A stretch of 52,683 bases of DNA, the filler included, from Squatina squatina (taxonomy: Eukaryota): assembly GCA_031763465.1 (NCBI GenBank). It is 3 parts of 2 records of this genome, joined end to end, with 100 filler letters (N's around TTAATTAATTAA, not from the genome) between each part and the next. Parts side by side here need not be neighbours in the genome. Positions count along the whole stretch, not along the records: positions 20,303 to 38,231 come from JARFOE010340424.1; positions 38,332 to 52,683 come from JARFOE010000192.1; 1 more part is not named here. One strand, written 5' to 3'. Positions within the stretch are counted from its first letter, which is position 1, and every line of letters begins with the position of its first letter. A model generated the notes under the pieces. The model was not told where the DNA came from. It made no database searches and worked only from the letters and a program-made list of their open reading frames with translations. Of this stretch, positions 37,055-49,940 are shown piece by piece. A program made the position numbers and the translations under genes.

Positions 37055-37737
37055 TCGTGAGTGAGTTCGCCCTGATCCAGAGGAAGGATGGAACCACGTT
37101 TCCAGTAATTCAAGGGATGCTTTTCGAGGCTGAGGTTCTATCCAAAATCAATCAGCAACTCAGAACGGAAGGTGGTAGATTAGAGGAATTAAACAAAAAG
37201 CAACAAGAGGAAAGTGTGAAGGAAATGCAGGATGAGAAGGACACAGCTGAGAATCAGGAAAATGTGGAGATAGAGAATGCAGAGAAAGCTGAGACATTGC
37301 CGCATAGGTTGGAGCAAGTGAGATTACATGCACATATATCTTCAGTGTTCGGATTGCGGAGTTAGAGAGTGCTGTTGCAGTGCTGCAAGTGAAATATTAC
37401 GGTGTACAGTTACAGAATGATGGACTAAAGTCCAGATTTAGGCGGAAGATCCAGAATCTACAGCAGTTTGGATGATCAGGCAATCATGCTGTATTCACTT
37501 CAATACTGAATCAGCCCATTCTGTCTGAAAGATGTCCTCCACTCATCGCATGATCTTTTCCTGAAGCTCCAATCCCCACCTCTCCTTTATCCGCCATTAC
37601 CTGTCGCACCTGTTCCATTCCCTCCCTGCACACTACTTCCAGAAACTCCAACACTGTCTCCAGTCCCAATCTATCTTCCACATGCAGCTCCAGCTAACTC
37701 TCATGCCGCCCCAGCAGCTCCAACGCCAGCCCCAACT

Positions 37738-38049
37738 CCAGTCCCACCCTATTCCCCACATGCTGCCGCAGGTACTGCAGGTATCACTCTCCTGCTGCTC
37801 CAGCATCTCCAACTCCTGAAATAAACTTTCGCTCTAACGTAATCTCCACTTGCAATGGCTTGTTCTTCACCTCCCATTTACCCGCTGCCCCAGCAGACCC
37901 AACTCTATTCCCCCCATGCAGCCGCAGGTACTGTAGGTATCACTCTCCTGCTGCTCCAGCATCTCCAACTCCTGAAATAAACTTTAGCTCTAACATAATC
38001 TCCACTTGCAATGGCTTGTGCTTCACCTCCCATTTACCCGCCGCCCCAG
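37738..38049. repeat. 156-bp tandem duplication (2 copies)
   Basis: 37750-37893 and 37906-38049 are near-identical (tattcccc...gcaggtactg...cctgaaataaacttt...ttacccgc.gccccag). Confidence 0.92.
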
Positions 38050-38231
38050 GTGTTGAATTGCGGAGGACCGTTTAAACGTTCCTGAGATTTACTCTGTATA
38101 ATTTCTGGAAGTTGAGGCACTCGGTTGTACTGTTTGTGTTGTGTTTTGTTTAAGTTTTGAAATTAATATATGTTAGATAAAGTGCAATTAGGCAAGCTAA
38201 TGTGTTGCGAAGAGAAGGCACATGTAACATA

Positions 38232-38331
38232 NNNNNNNNNNNNNNNNNNNNNNNNNNNNNNNNNNNNNNNNNNNNTTAATTAATTAANNNNNNNNNNNNN
38301 NNNNNNNNNNNNNNNNNNNNNNNNNNNNNNN
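38232..38331. other. Artificial scaffolding linker (44 N + TTAATTAATTAA + 44 N)
   Basis: Same construct as 20203-20302. Confidence 0.95.
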
Positions 38332-38434
38332 CCCTCCCCAATGCTAGGAGCTGATACATTATTTTTTAATGCTTTGACACTCCTTTTGAATTACAGGAAA
38401 TAAATGCCAGAAAACCATCAAGGAAACCATCAAG

Positions 38435-38530
38435 GGGTTCAATGATTCTACTTCTCCGTAGGGTGTTCAGTGATTCTGCTTTTCCATAGGGTGATCGGTG
38501 ATTTCACTTATGCATAGAGTGATCAGTATT
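38435..38530. repeat. Degenerate 28-bp tandem repeat, about 3.5 copies
   Basis: gggtgttcagtgattctgcttttccata-like units. Confidence 0.65.
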
Positions 38531-40649
38531 TGCCTGAACAGATTTCACATAGGAGTCTTACTACTGGCAGAGAGCAAAGATTTTCATCCCATCAGTCTGG
38601 GCTGAATTGGTATCCAGGTCTCTGGTGTACCTATCCCTTAGGTCAGTGATTTAAGGTGGTGAGTGGTAACGTCACAGTGGTTATGTAAAGTGAGAACTCA
38701 GAGAACACGTGAGAGAAAAATGAGGCTGCACTGAAGTTAACTCCCAATACAGATATCTTTGCTCTGTTTTACCTTTTCTTTTTGTCAGTTGGTACAGATA
38801 AACCTATTTTGTCTTAAAATTAGGCCCTTCAAATATTAAAATGTGAACACTTAAGATATTTGCATAAAAATTGTTCACTTTTGAAATGGAGGCAAGAGCG
38901 CAATTATTTTACATGTTGACTCCACAGCAGACAAAGCAATCTATTACAAAGGCAGGAAGTGTTCATGTGCTAGGATTTGAAGGATCTAATTTCAANNNNN
39001 NNNNNTAGGAAGTTTAATGCAGGCAGTAAAATGGACTGATCATGTTTAATGTGTTTGAAATTTTCTGGCAGGCATACTCAGTGCTTGATGAGGAAGTGGA
39101 TGGTAAGCAATGGTTTCCACAATTAGCTGAAGTAACAGCACCAAGCCATTGTATCGCAGCTACATGTGAAACTCCCTCTCAGTGGCACTATTGCTATATC
39201 AAATTACTTCTCTCTCTTGCTTTTTTTTTCCTATGGATTAGTTTTTATTCAGCAGTTTGAAAGTGCTCAGTGTTCTTTTTAAGGATTTATAATGCTTGGC
39301 AAAATGCGCGTTTATGTGTCAGATGGGAGTAAAGAGACTTTTACAGTTCTGTGTTGTTATTCCAAGGAAAGATTAAATGCCAGTTCAAAAATAAATATAC
39401 ACAAATTAAATAGCTATGTTCCATTGTAAACACTTGCTGACCTGGTGCTAATTCAGAGCGGCAGCAAAGTGGGAAGAACAGCTGTCCTGCCTCACACAGC
39501 CAAAAAATAACAGGTCAGGTCAGATTCCAGGTTCACCGTGCAAAATTAATGACAACCTTGCAATAAAGTAACAGCATGAATTTGAGCCTTGTAATACAAC
39601 ATGATTACTAGAGTTTTTATTAGCTGAGGGTTTAGCAGCAGGTAGAACCGGCTGCTACTTTACATCCAAACAAGGATGTTACAGGTGTGCCAGTCTAAAG
39701 TGTCACATCAAAGTCGTAACCCTGCAGGTTCAGTTTACACCTGATCCAATTAGTTCTTTAAGATCAGAGCTGCTGAAGAATATGAGCCTCTGTTAGGACA
39801 CTGAGAGACACTTGATCCCAGGTAAGCTGATCCACCGAAAACAATCAAGGATAAATAGGAGGCGAGGAGAGACTGAACATCAAATAAAAACACAATGGTA
39901 AAACTGAAAGCGCAATCTGCCCAGCCTTTTTACAGCATGTTTTGTCATTCTTTTGTTAGTAGCAAGGCTAATTGAAATGAAACAGTCTTCCTTCTGTTTG
40001 TTGCCACATAAAATACACAGTAAGATCTGCTGATTCTTGCTCCTTCTAAATTATTAAACATCACACCTTTCAGCCACAGAGCACTGAAACATTGCCTTGT
40101 TTATTGTATTAAAGGAACACGGGCTACATAGCAATATTCAAAACCAGAAATTAAGTAATATCCCTTATCATAATGCAATCTTTAAAAAAAAACAGCAGGT
40201 AACCTGCACCAATAATATCATCCTGCCTTCATGCCACAACTAATATTCTGGTTATTTAAGAAATATTTTGTACTATTTGATTCTGTCAGAACACAAACAT
40301 AATTTCAGCCTCTCTTCACAGACTTACATCAATATGCCCATCACTTAATTACAAACTTCAGACAAACTAAAACATTCAAACATAAAATGGGAACTTTTTC
40401 AATCAGACAGAGAGCAGAAGATATTCAGAACATATTGGGCATGGCATCAAGAGCAAAGCAGATATAAAATAGCATCTGAGCAATCCAGACCTGAACAGGA
40501 GGTGAATAAAGATCTGCTGAATGCATTTTTCTCCTTTTTACTTTGGGGTAGAGTTTGTACCCAGATTCCAGCAAAATCGGCTGAAATAGCACAAAAGATC
40601 GGGGAATATTAAATGTAAGTTGCCCGCATCTTAACTCGCCCCAAGCCCC

Positions 40650-41075
40650 GTTCACCCATCACCACTGTGCCTGCTGACCTATATTTGCTCCTGGTCTGGC
40701 AACGCCTCAATTTTAAAAGTCTCATCTCTGTTTCCCAATCCCTCCATGGCCTCGCCCATCACTATCTCTGTAACCTCCTCCAGCCCTACAACCATCTCAG
40801 ATCTCTCCACTCCTCCAATTCTGGCCTCTTGCATTTGCCCGATTTTCTTTGCTCCATCATTGTCAGATGTGCCTTCAGCTGCCTGGGCCCTAAGCTCTGG
40901 AAACCCCTCCCTAAACCTCTCTACCTCTCTTTTCTCGTTTAAAACCTACCTCCTCACCTGTCCGAATTTCCCCTTAAGTAGCTCGGTGTCAAATTTTACT
41001 TGAGAACACGCCTGTGAAGCGCCTTAGAACCTTTTACTTCATTAAAGGCACTATATAAACACAATTTGTTGTTCT
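40650..41075 (+). mobile_element. L2 LINE 3' end
   Basis: SLHGLAHHYLCNLLQPY...AFSCLGPKLWKPLP and 3' tail tgtgaagcgcctt...aaaggcactatataaa...ttgttgtt. Confidence 0.88.
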
Positions 41076-41582
41076 AAGTGAATTACGCCCAAAACGACTT
41101 ACTTTCATGTTTTCTGTGATCTTCTACACTGATTCTAGATTAAAATTGCCTGCATCAGGCCCTGCCCACAAAGCTGGCCATGCCCCCAGGTCAAATTTGT
41201 GAGATTCCACCACTGGTTTGGGAAGGCTCTGTAAATTGAGCTTTTTTTTTAAAGTGCACAGGCACCAGTAGGCAAGTTTTTCATATCAAATATTTAACTT
41301 ACTAAGGAACTGACTAGTGTGTACCAATGAAAATATTAAATGGTTCACAGTAGTCTTTTAAAGTCATTTTCTGTGATTTGAAATCACATTACTCAGAGGA
41401 CTCGACACTCTTATTACAAAGGTTTCTTTTTGTTAATTAACCCATTTTCAGCTGTATTAGTAAAACTGCACCAGGTTACCACTCTTAAATATATCAAGGA
41501 ATACTTTGCAATGAAAAGAAAAAAGAAAGAAATGATTATGTTCTATTCTGCTCCCCGATGGTGTTGGTTCATGGAAGACTTA

Positions 41583-42200
41583 AGATGCAAAATTTCCTAA
41601 CGCCCCATTTGGGTGCTGTAACTCTCTGGGGCTGGAAATTTTATCGCCAGTCCTGGAAGTCCCGCCCCCGGCTGTCCGCCTCAGTTCCAGGGTGGTGTGG
41701 GGGCGCTGCCGGGGTACTACATCCAGCTGAACAGCTCAGCGCTGCACTTCAGACGCCAGTGCTCCATAGATTTAATTAAAGGGGAGGGCCACTGCGAACT
41801 TTCGACAGCACCCTGATGGTCGACATTGGGCTACCAAGGACACTTTTGACCGAGCCAGCAGCCCGGCATGCTAGTCAGCCAACAAAAAAAGATGGCAGCC
41901 CGGGACGCAAAAGCCCTCCCCTTTAAGTGGCAGCCCGGGCACCTATGTGCACCAGCAGGGGTGCAAGGGTGGACGTTGAGGGGACAACCCACACGGCGAT
42001 GACATCATCGCTGGTTGCGCGCCTGGGGCGCTAATCGCGGGCCGCGCCGATAAGGGCCTAGTGCCTCCATGACCTTCCGGGCAATTTCCCGGGAGGCGGG
42101 ACCGCCCCTTACCCCCCACCCCAGACAAAAATTACTTACTGTCCCGTCATTGCCCCACAGAGGCACTAATGGGGCTATAAGAATCAGCAATTTCACCCCC
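41583..42200. mobile_element. Harbinger-type MITE with TTA target-site duplication
   Basis: tta flanks at 41580-41582 and 42201-42203; right end aatttcaccccc, degenerate left end agatgcaaaattt; GC-rich interior. Confidence 0.7.
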
Positions 42201-43149
42201 TTAATGTTTGTGATTATGCAAGTCAACTTTAGCAGAAACTTGAACTGTAACCTAAACAATGTAATTTCAAGCACATTTTGGGTGCAATTTCCTGACTGCA
42301 CCCAAAGCAGAAACTCTACTCCCTCATATTCTTATTTAAACAAATACTATTCAGTGGGGGTACAATTACTCTGCAGCAAAATCTTCACAACCTGGCAGTT
42401 CATTTCACACTGTGCCAGATTTTGATGTCCACAAAGTATAGGTATTAAAATTAAAACATATATACAGTAGGTTGGGTAAAACAGTATATTAGCACACTTG
42501 CCGTTTTTGAGTTTGAATCAGCTCCGGCAGAGTCTGTGTCTGCTAATTGTACCGATCCCACTTGAAATGAGTTTGGGAAATTTCAAACCAGTTCCTAGTG
42601 GGCATAGGCACATGGTGTAAACAGTCCCTGACTGTCTCACTCATGCCAGAATGGCTGATGTGAAAAATACGAAGCTGTTTGTTCCCTCTCTACCAGCAGG
42701 CCTCGCTTTGAAATTTGCCATATCCAGAAATTTCCTGGAATGGCACAATTGGCAATGCACACCATAACTTACACCAATCTTCCAGTTGCAAACATACTCC
42801 AAAACTTCCTGGGAAAGTAATTTGAGAATGAATCAGGTACCTCAGAAGCAACACCACAATTGGTGGACCTTTTAACCTTCACATGCCACTATCAAAGCTT
42901 GTTGAATAAAAGTTTTTCTGATGTCATGTATTGGGTAAAAGTTTAACAAAGCTGCTTTCTAGCGCAATTTCCATTGATGTTAATTCAATTGCAATTTAAC
43001 ACTGAATAAAAGTTCTATTGTTTGTTATCTTGCCTGTCATTCTTTGAGTTCACAACCCCACTGGGATCAGCCCACAACTTGATTGTTTAAGACTTCCTCA
43101 TGCTGCTCAAATTGGGGGGAGGAAAGATTACGAAGGTGGTGTTAACACT

Positions 43150-44060
43150 GGCTAAAGACATATGCCACCAGCTTTTCTCTGGCTGCTCTAGCATCGATTC
43201 CTCTGAGGAGCTACCACCCCTGGGATCAGGAACATACAGCTCAAGATCCTGCAGTACCACGGGCTCCTCATCTAACTAGTCGAGGCTTAGCACGTCCTGC
43301 AGGGAGAAATTGTGCAGTTATTGGGGGGGTGTTGTCGGATATCAACCCCATCCCCACCCACCTGTCCAGGCATCCAATGGGAGTCTTCAACACATCTCTC
43401 TACATTGCTGTGTGTAGCAGTTGTACCTTTCCTGTGCTGAACCGTTCGTGATGTGCAAGGGTGCCATCAACCACGGCTTTGACAGATATGCTTTGTCTCC
43501 TGCAGTCCATCCACCTCCTTGTGCCTCCCTGCTGAACAAGTCATGGAGGTTGCAGTGACCAAGAACAAAGGCGTCGTGAGTGCTTCCTTAATGATGTGCA
43601 TTAGCGTGCAATATGCACAGATGGACATTGCAATTAGGACATTTCCTATTCCTATTGATCATAAAATGGAGCCTTCAGTGGCAAGTGGGTGCCATCTATG
43701 TCCCCCTGCATCCTGGGGAAGCCAACAGTCCGAAAGAAATTGATGGATCTGTCCCTTTGATGCACTGGGGACATGTCACACCTGATAAGGTCAGATGCTC
43801 CATTACCTGTTGAATGCAGGACCTCACAGCTCTTTGGCTGATGTTACAAGGGTCTCCAGTGTCTGTCCTAAAGGAACCGCATCCATAGATATTGAAGACT
43901 GACAAGGCCATGTGGACGATGGACCATGGCTTTGAGTCCTCATGGAGAGTACCTTGCACAGGTGGCCAATTGTTTCCTCATTGAAATGAAGTCTGCATAA
44001 GTAGTGCTTCTCAGTCAGTGACTCATAAGACATTCGCTCCCTATGGACTCTCTGGTTAGT
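43150..44060 (-). mobile_element. Harbinger/HARBI1-like DDE transposase relic
   Basis: On the - strand, in order: SYESLTEKHYLCRLHF, YGCGSFRTDTGDPCNISQ, GFPRMQGDIDGTHLPLKAP, GSTHDAFVL, AGDKAYLSKPWLMAPL. Frameshifted. Confidence 0.92.
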
Positions 44061-44127
44061 AGTGAGATCTGCTCAGCTGCTGGTCATGGTGCCTCACTTG
44101 ACATGCCTGCTCCCTCAAGCATACATG

Positions 44128-44313
44128 GTGTCAGCCATGGCTCAGTTGGTAGCACACTTGCCTCTTGATTCAGAAGGTTGCGGGGTCAAGTCCCACTCCA
44201 GAGACTTGAGCACATAATCCAGGCTGACACTCTAATCCAGCACTGAGCCAGTGCTGCACTGTCGTGCCACTTTTTGGATGAGACATTAAACCTACTCCTG
44301 TCTACCCTCTAAG
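44128..44313 (+). mobile_element. Deu-domain SINE (SacSINE1-like), tRNA-derived head
   Basis: A-box tggctcagttgg, B-box-like ggtcaagtcc, then gtgctgcactgtc...ggatgagacattaaacc (start of the Deu domain); truncated by a gap. Confidence 0.8.
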
Positions 44314-45131
44314 NNNNNNNNNNNNNNNNNNNNNNNNNNNNNNNNNNNNNNNNNNNNNNNNNNNNNNNNNNNNNNNNNNNNNNNNNNNNNNNNNNNNNNN
44401 NNNNNNNNNNNNNAATTAATTTTTATCCTAGAGCATGCTTTTTATAGTTCCTCATTAAATGTAGGTATATATAGACAAATGTTGGAAAATTAGTTATACA
44501 CTTAAGGAGATGTTTTTTTTTCTAGTAAAATAATAAGCAGCCATTTTATAATGATATTGCATTTCTGTATTCTTTGAATCCCCAGGTCACTGGGATTTTA
44601 ATCATGTTTAACACATAATTACTGTAGTTCATTTTGACTTTGGCTCCTGGGAATAGATGAGGGTTTTCAGAAATTCAAACTAAAATGAGAGTAGATACTG
44701 ACAACATGAACACCACAATGGCTGCCATGAAAGCCATTAACAAGATCAACCTCAAATTGAATTCAAGACCCTACTCATCTGTAATGAGAAAAAAATTAAA
44801 TAAAATTAAAAACAATATAAACTTTTTGTATCCATTTGTTAAGTTTCAGAATTTCTTGTCTGAATCCAGCATACTAAGGGAGAGGGAAACGTTCCAAATT
44901 TGTCTGACTCAATCCTCTTGAATCCCAAATTACAGAGAGTGGGATTAGTATTGCTGATGAGAGCAGTAATCATGTACACACCAGCTCATTTTTCCAACTC
45001 AAAGAGGATTTTTTTAGGAACTAAAAATGTACTGCAAGAGAGAAAAATAAGCAGAAAGACAATCACATTTTACATGAAGCCAAATTGCCTTTGACCTTAT
45101 TAGTGATGAAGTAGGAACAATGAACCCGAGG

Positions 45132-45545
45132 AAAGAAAGAACTTGCATTTATATACTGCTTTCCACAATCTCAATCTTCCCAAAACTCTTCATAGCCAAT
45201 GAAACACTTTTTTTTGAAAGTAGATATTCTTGTAATGTATGGGAAGCATGGCAGCCAATTTGCACACAACAAGGTCGCACAAATAGCAATGAAATAAAGA
45301 CCAGGTAACAGGGATATTGTTCCCATTCTCTATGTAGACAGTAGCCTGGTGGAGTGCATTGCCCGACTGAAATGAATGAAATCAATTGGATTAAAATTAG
45401 GCTGGTTCTACTTTGGGTGGGTGATATACTTCACTGGCTGAAGGTGAAAATTATCCCCAATTTGTTTTTGGTGATGTTGGTTAAGGGATAAATGGTGTTC
45501 ATCTTTGAATCGTGCCATGGAATCTTTTACATCTGCCTGAGAAGC
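45132..45545 (-). mobile_element. Deu-SINE 3' half, interrupted by a short insertion (about 45310-45460)
   Basis: aagaacttgcatttatata tail, gcagccaatttgcacacaacaagg and gtgccatggaatcttttacatc motifs are shared with 49575-49940. Confidence 0.7.
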
Positions 45546-48500
45546 AACAGGGCATAATTTCAGCATGGCAAGTTTGTTTAGGCTATTTCCATTATAAATG
45601 TAGGCATAAGAATTTATAATGGAAAAATGGAGACTTGATTAGGTCTGCGCTCCCTCGTTCAATTATACCTCTACCTCTAAATCCATTTCACTTAAGGTTT
45701 TCACTTAACCTTGCTTCCCTGTGTGCAATGCAATAGGAGATTAACTAGTATATTTATGTTTTCCAATAGATGTGCTGCATAGTTCCAGCATTTTTGATTT
45801 TTATTTNNNNNNNNNNNNNNNNNNNNNNNNNNNNNNNNNNNNNNNNNNNNNNNNNNNNNNNNNNNNNNNNNNNNNNNNNNNNNNNNNNNNNNNNNNNNNN
45901 NNNNNNTACATATTAGTGACATTGCAAACATTGTGGGAATATTTTCTCTAATTGCCTCGCAATTGTGACATTATAAACGTAGCAGAAAGATTTTCACTGG
46001 TTGCTATTTGAAGCAAAATTATAGACGTGCTTTTGGGACACTATTGTGATTTTGATAGAAACAGCGAGGATAGGAAAACTTCTGCTATTCTTACGTTGTA
46101 ACTAGCACACAGCAACCAGAGAAAATCTTCTTGCAAGGTTCAAACATAATTACAAGAAGAAATCTCTTACCTTTTTATTTCCCAGAATGTTAGTTCCCCC
46201 TCCAAATCTGAGAGAATGCAGTGAAGCAATCAATTAGAGTTTAACATAATCCATTTGAATTGATTTACAGAAGCTAGAGTATACTAAAAGAGTTTCAATT
46301 TTCATAGTCTTTAAATACAGCCAATGCGGGTCAATCACAAGGGATATTGCAGCTTTAAGGGAGGACTAATTAAAATGTGTGACTGATTTAATATAATGAG
46401 GCAGATTAATTGATAAAAAATTGATTGCATGCTTTAATTTTTTGCTAACTTTCCCAGGATTTATTTTTGTGGCGTTAGTTCTAAAATTTAGTTGAAAGGT
46501 TGATGGCACCAGTGATTAGAGTGCTTGCCTTCCCAACAGATGATTGTGGCTTTGAGCCCCAGGGTTACATGTCACTTGAGCCTGCCTNNNNNNNNNNNNN
46601 NNNNNNNNNNNNNNNNNNNNNNNNNNNNNNNNNNNNNNNNNNNNNNNNNNNNNNNNNNNNNNNNNNNNNNNNNNNNNNNNNNNNNNNTTATGGATGTCTG
46701 TTATACTATGTCGCGTTCAAAGGGCATAACATAATTTTCCCATTGGTTTAAATTATTTGAGAGGAAGTTGGTATGTGATGTTTACCATTTTGACCGGTGC
46801 TCAAGACCAGTATTAAGTACTATTCATTTAGCTTCAAGTGATCTGATAAAGCACACATAATATACAAACAAAGAAGTAATCAATCTTAGAACACTACCAG
46901 TTAAACCTTTGTGTGTTTGTGATGTGTACAGTTCTGGTTTTTTTTCTGTTTGTGAGCTTCTGTATAGGAATTTGTAACTTAATTGACAGTGCTCATGTTT
47001 AGTTTTAGCATGTGACTTTACATTGTGGTACAGGAAGGGAGGGAGTTTTAAAGTCATATTAAAAGCAGCCAACAGGAAGAGAGTGTGGTACTGGAAGAAA
47101 AACACGACTGGGTTGAAATACTTCTAAACTTTCCCACGGCAGTAAATAATATCGAGCACCTCTCTGCGTGTTTGATACATTGCAGTTTGACATTCAGCTC
47201 CTGGAAAGAATCAAATCAGGTCTATAACATGATAAAGCTAGGAGTTTAGCACCTTCTTTCGATTATAATAAGTGTTTGACTCTTTTTTAAATCAGTTATG
47301 CTACTTAACTGACCTCAACTATTTCTGTAGTTGCAAGAACTTCAATGGCCTACTCTGATTACATTGTGGAATCTCAACTATATTTTATGGCAGAGGTTCC
47401 ACATCTGTATGGATTCCTGAAATTTGCTGTATTTTAGCTTTAAATACATTATCATTGTTTAAATAATTATGCAACTCCTCTGAGTGGGGAGGGGGAATAT
47501 GACTGATCATGAAGGGGAATAGTAATGAAAAAATTGCATTGGACTACACCTCCCTCTTTATCAGCTGTTTTTTTTTTCATTCTCATGGCGTTACTCCACA
47601 TCATTAAGGGTATCTGTCGTTTCCCCAGTGAAACTATTTTATCACGGTTGGATTGTTTATTCCTTCTACCATAAAAGGGAGATGGTAGCCAATGTGGATA
47701 AGCAGCTTCTTGACCTTCTTGAACGTTGCTCATCATTTGCAATAGACTTGGACAGTATGGGTATATATTTCTGTCGGCTTACTTTTTTGTTCCATTGTGC
47801 ACGGTGTATATCAACTTTGAATGTCTAAAGTCCTGGTCAGCCCCAGCGTGAGCAGGTCTTGCTGTCTTAAACAGCTCTGCAAGTGCTGACATTCTATGCA
47901 GAACACTTTTTTAAGCATAATTAACGTTTAGCTCAGTGTCATCAGTTATAAATTAAGAAATTGTGCACAACTTCATATAACTAACATGTCAAATTAAGGT
48001 GCAAAAAACACTCTTGAGAGAAACATATCTTACTGTATGTTTAGATGTCAAGGTACATTGACTCCAACTACACAATTAAATGGAAAAGATTTTTCTAATT
48101 TTAGAATGCACTGGAATGGGTCTGACTGTTAAGGTTAGCAGGGAAAGATTGGGAGCGAGCATTCCATTAATTAAAGCCACATACCATTTTTTGAATACAT
48201 CTACTGTTGTAGTCAGATGTAGGTACTCAGTGTTCCATGGGAAGAAATATAAGGGGCTGACAATGAGACTCCACTAAATTCAGGAAGAAGAGTACATATG
48301 AACAGTGATGGACAGGAACAGTCACTTCGGTCCCACAAAATATATGCACTCTCCACCCTGACTGAAAGCATGCAATCTTCTGGGAAAGGCAAGAAACCAG
48401 ATAAAGACCCTGGCCAATTTTGGGGGGGAAATTGGGGTATTTTCAGCATAGAAATGCAGAGATTTCTGTCCTGAAATAATTAATGTCCACATTATTATTT

Positions 48501-49574
48501 AATGAGCAGTTATTTTAAAAATTGTATTGGCTAAAAAATAAATCTTTGGTTTCTTTTTATACCAAGCCAAAAATAAATCTCCACTGAATAGGTTGATAGC
48601 CTCACTTTACCCACTCACTGGGCCATCTTAAGATTTTAATTCACATGACTAGACGTACAATACTTAGCTATTTCAATATTAGTTTAAAAAATCTTACGGT
48701 TCAATTATTGCGAGAAACCTTATCACAATATTATTGAAAAGTCAATTACTGTGCACGGCTGCTTTATGTAAGTTGGCAGGCGTGCTGTTTAATAAACATT
48801 TATGAGAACAGTCAGATGGAGCTGGCCCATTTTCCAAACAATATGGCTGCCAGAGCCTGTTCCTGAGAGGCGTTATACCCGAGTGCACCTTCTAGGATTG
48901 ACGAGTCACAGTCAGACAGGTGACATTTACTCAGAGAATCAGCTTGGCATGCCCAAGCTGCCAGCTTCATTGTAAAAAGCTTTTTGGAAGAAGCAAACAA
49001 TTTCCATCATGGAATAATTTCCAGAATGTGGCTTAATGCCAGTGACAGCTGATATCTGTTTTGCTTTTCCTCAGTCAACTTCAGTGTGTCCTTTTTCCTT
49101 GCTCAATTTTTATTAATTCTCTGTGGTATTTTACCAACCATCTCCACACATAGGGAGAAAAATAAAAGGTTACTTTGCAGGTTTTTGTACAGTCAACGCA
49201 AATGGATATTGTTCCTGACATCCTGTGAAGTTGTCTCTTTCTCTTGTATCTTGAGGGAACAAGGGACCTTCTGGGCCAGTTCTAACCTCACTGCATTTTT
49301 AATGCTCGTCCCTGAAATGCAGGGCAGCAAGATGTTGTCACCTTGGCATATTTTATCACTGATCAAACATTAGTCGGCAGCTGTTGTAAACTTGTAACAC
49401 TGTCTCATCAACGCTGGCTGCTGTTTCATGGCAAGGGTGTGGGATCTCACCCAGCTCTCGTTTTTTTTTAACTNNNNNNNNNNNNNNNNNNNNNNNNNNN
49501 NNNNNNNNNNNNNNNNNNNNNNNNNNNNNNNNNNNNNNNNNNNNNNNNNNNNNNNNNNNNNNNNNNNNNNNNNA

Positions 49575-49940
49575 TATAATAATTATTGTTATGTTGACAT
49601 ACGCGGCAACCAATTTGCACGCAGCATGGTCCCACAAAAAGCAAATGAATGAATGATCAGATTAACTTACTTTTGGTGATGTTGGTTCCCGGAAGAATTT
49701 TGGCTAGGACACCAGGATAACCCCTTGCTTTTATTTTTACATAGTGTCATGGGATCTTTTATATCCACCTAACCTGGGTGTTGGCTTAACATTTTTGAAG
49801 ATGGCCCCTCAGGAAATGCAGCACTTCCTTTGCTGTACTGAAGTGTTGGCCTAAATTATGTACTCATGTCTGTAATGGAATTTGAACCCATAACCTTCGG
49901 ATTGGTGGAAAGACTGCAACCAACTAAGCCCAAGTTGACA
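49575..49940 (-). mobile_element. Deu-domain SINE (SacSINE1-like)
   Basis: Reverse complement of Deu core (atagtgtcatgggatcttttatatccacct) and tRNA head (tttgaaccc ... caaccaactaagcc). Confidence 0.78.

Larger units (their letters stand above)
36610..38050 (+). mobile_element. Second LTR retroelement 5' portion: LTR end, PBS, leader and decayed gag-like ORF
   Basis: ...gcaaca (LTR-like CA end at 36786), taat, PBS TGGAGACCGTGCCAGGAC (36791-36808), then charged coiled-coil ORF SEFALIQRKDG...LEELNKKQQEE (37057-37365) and a Pro-rich region. Confidence 0.6.
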
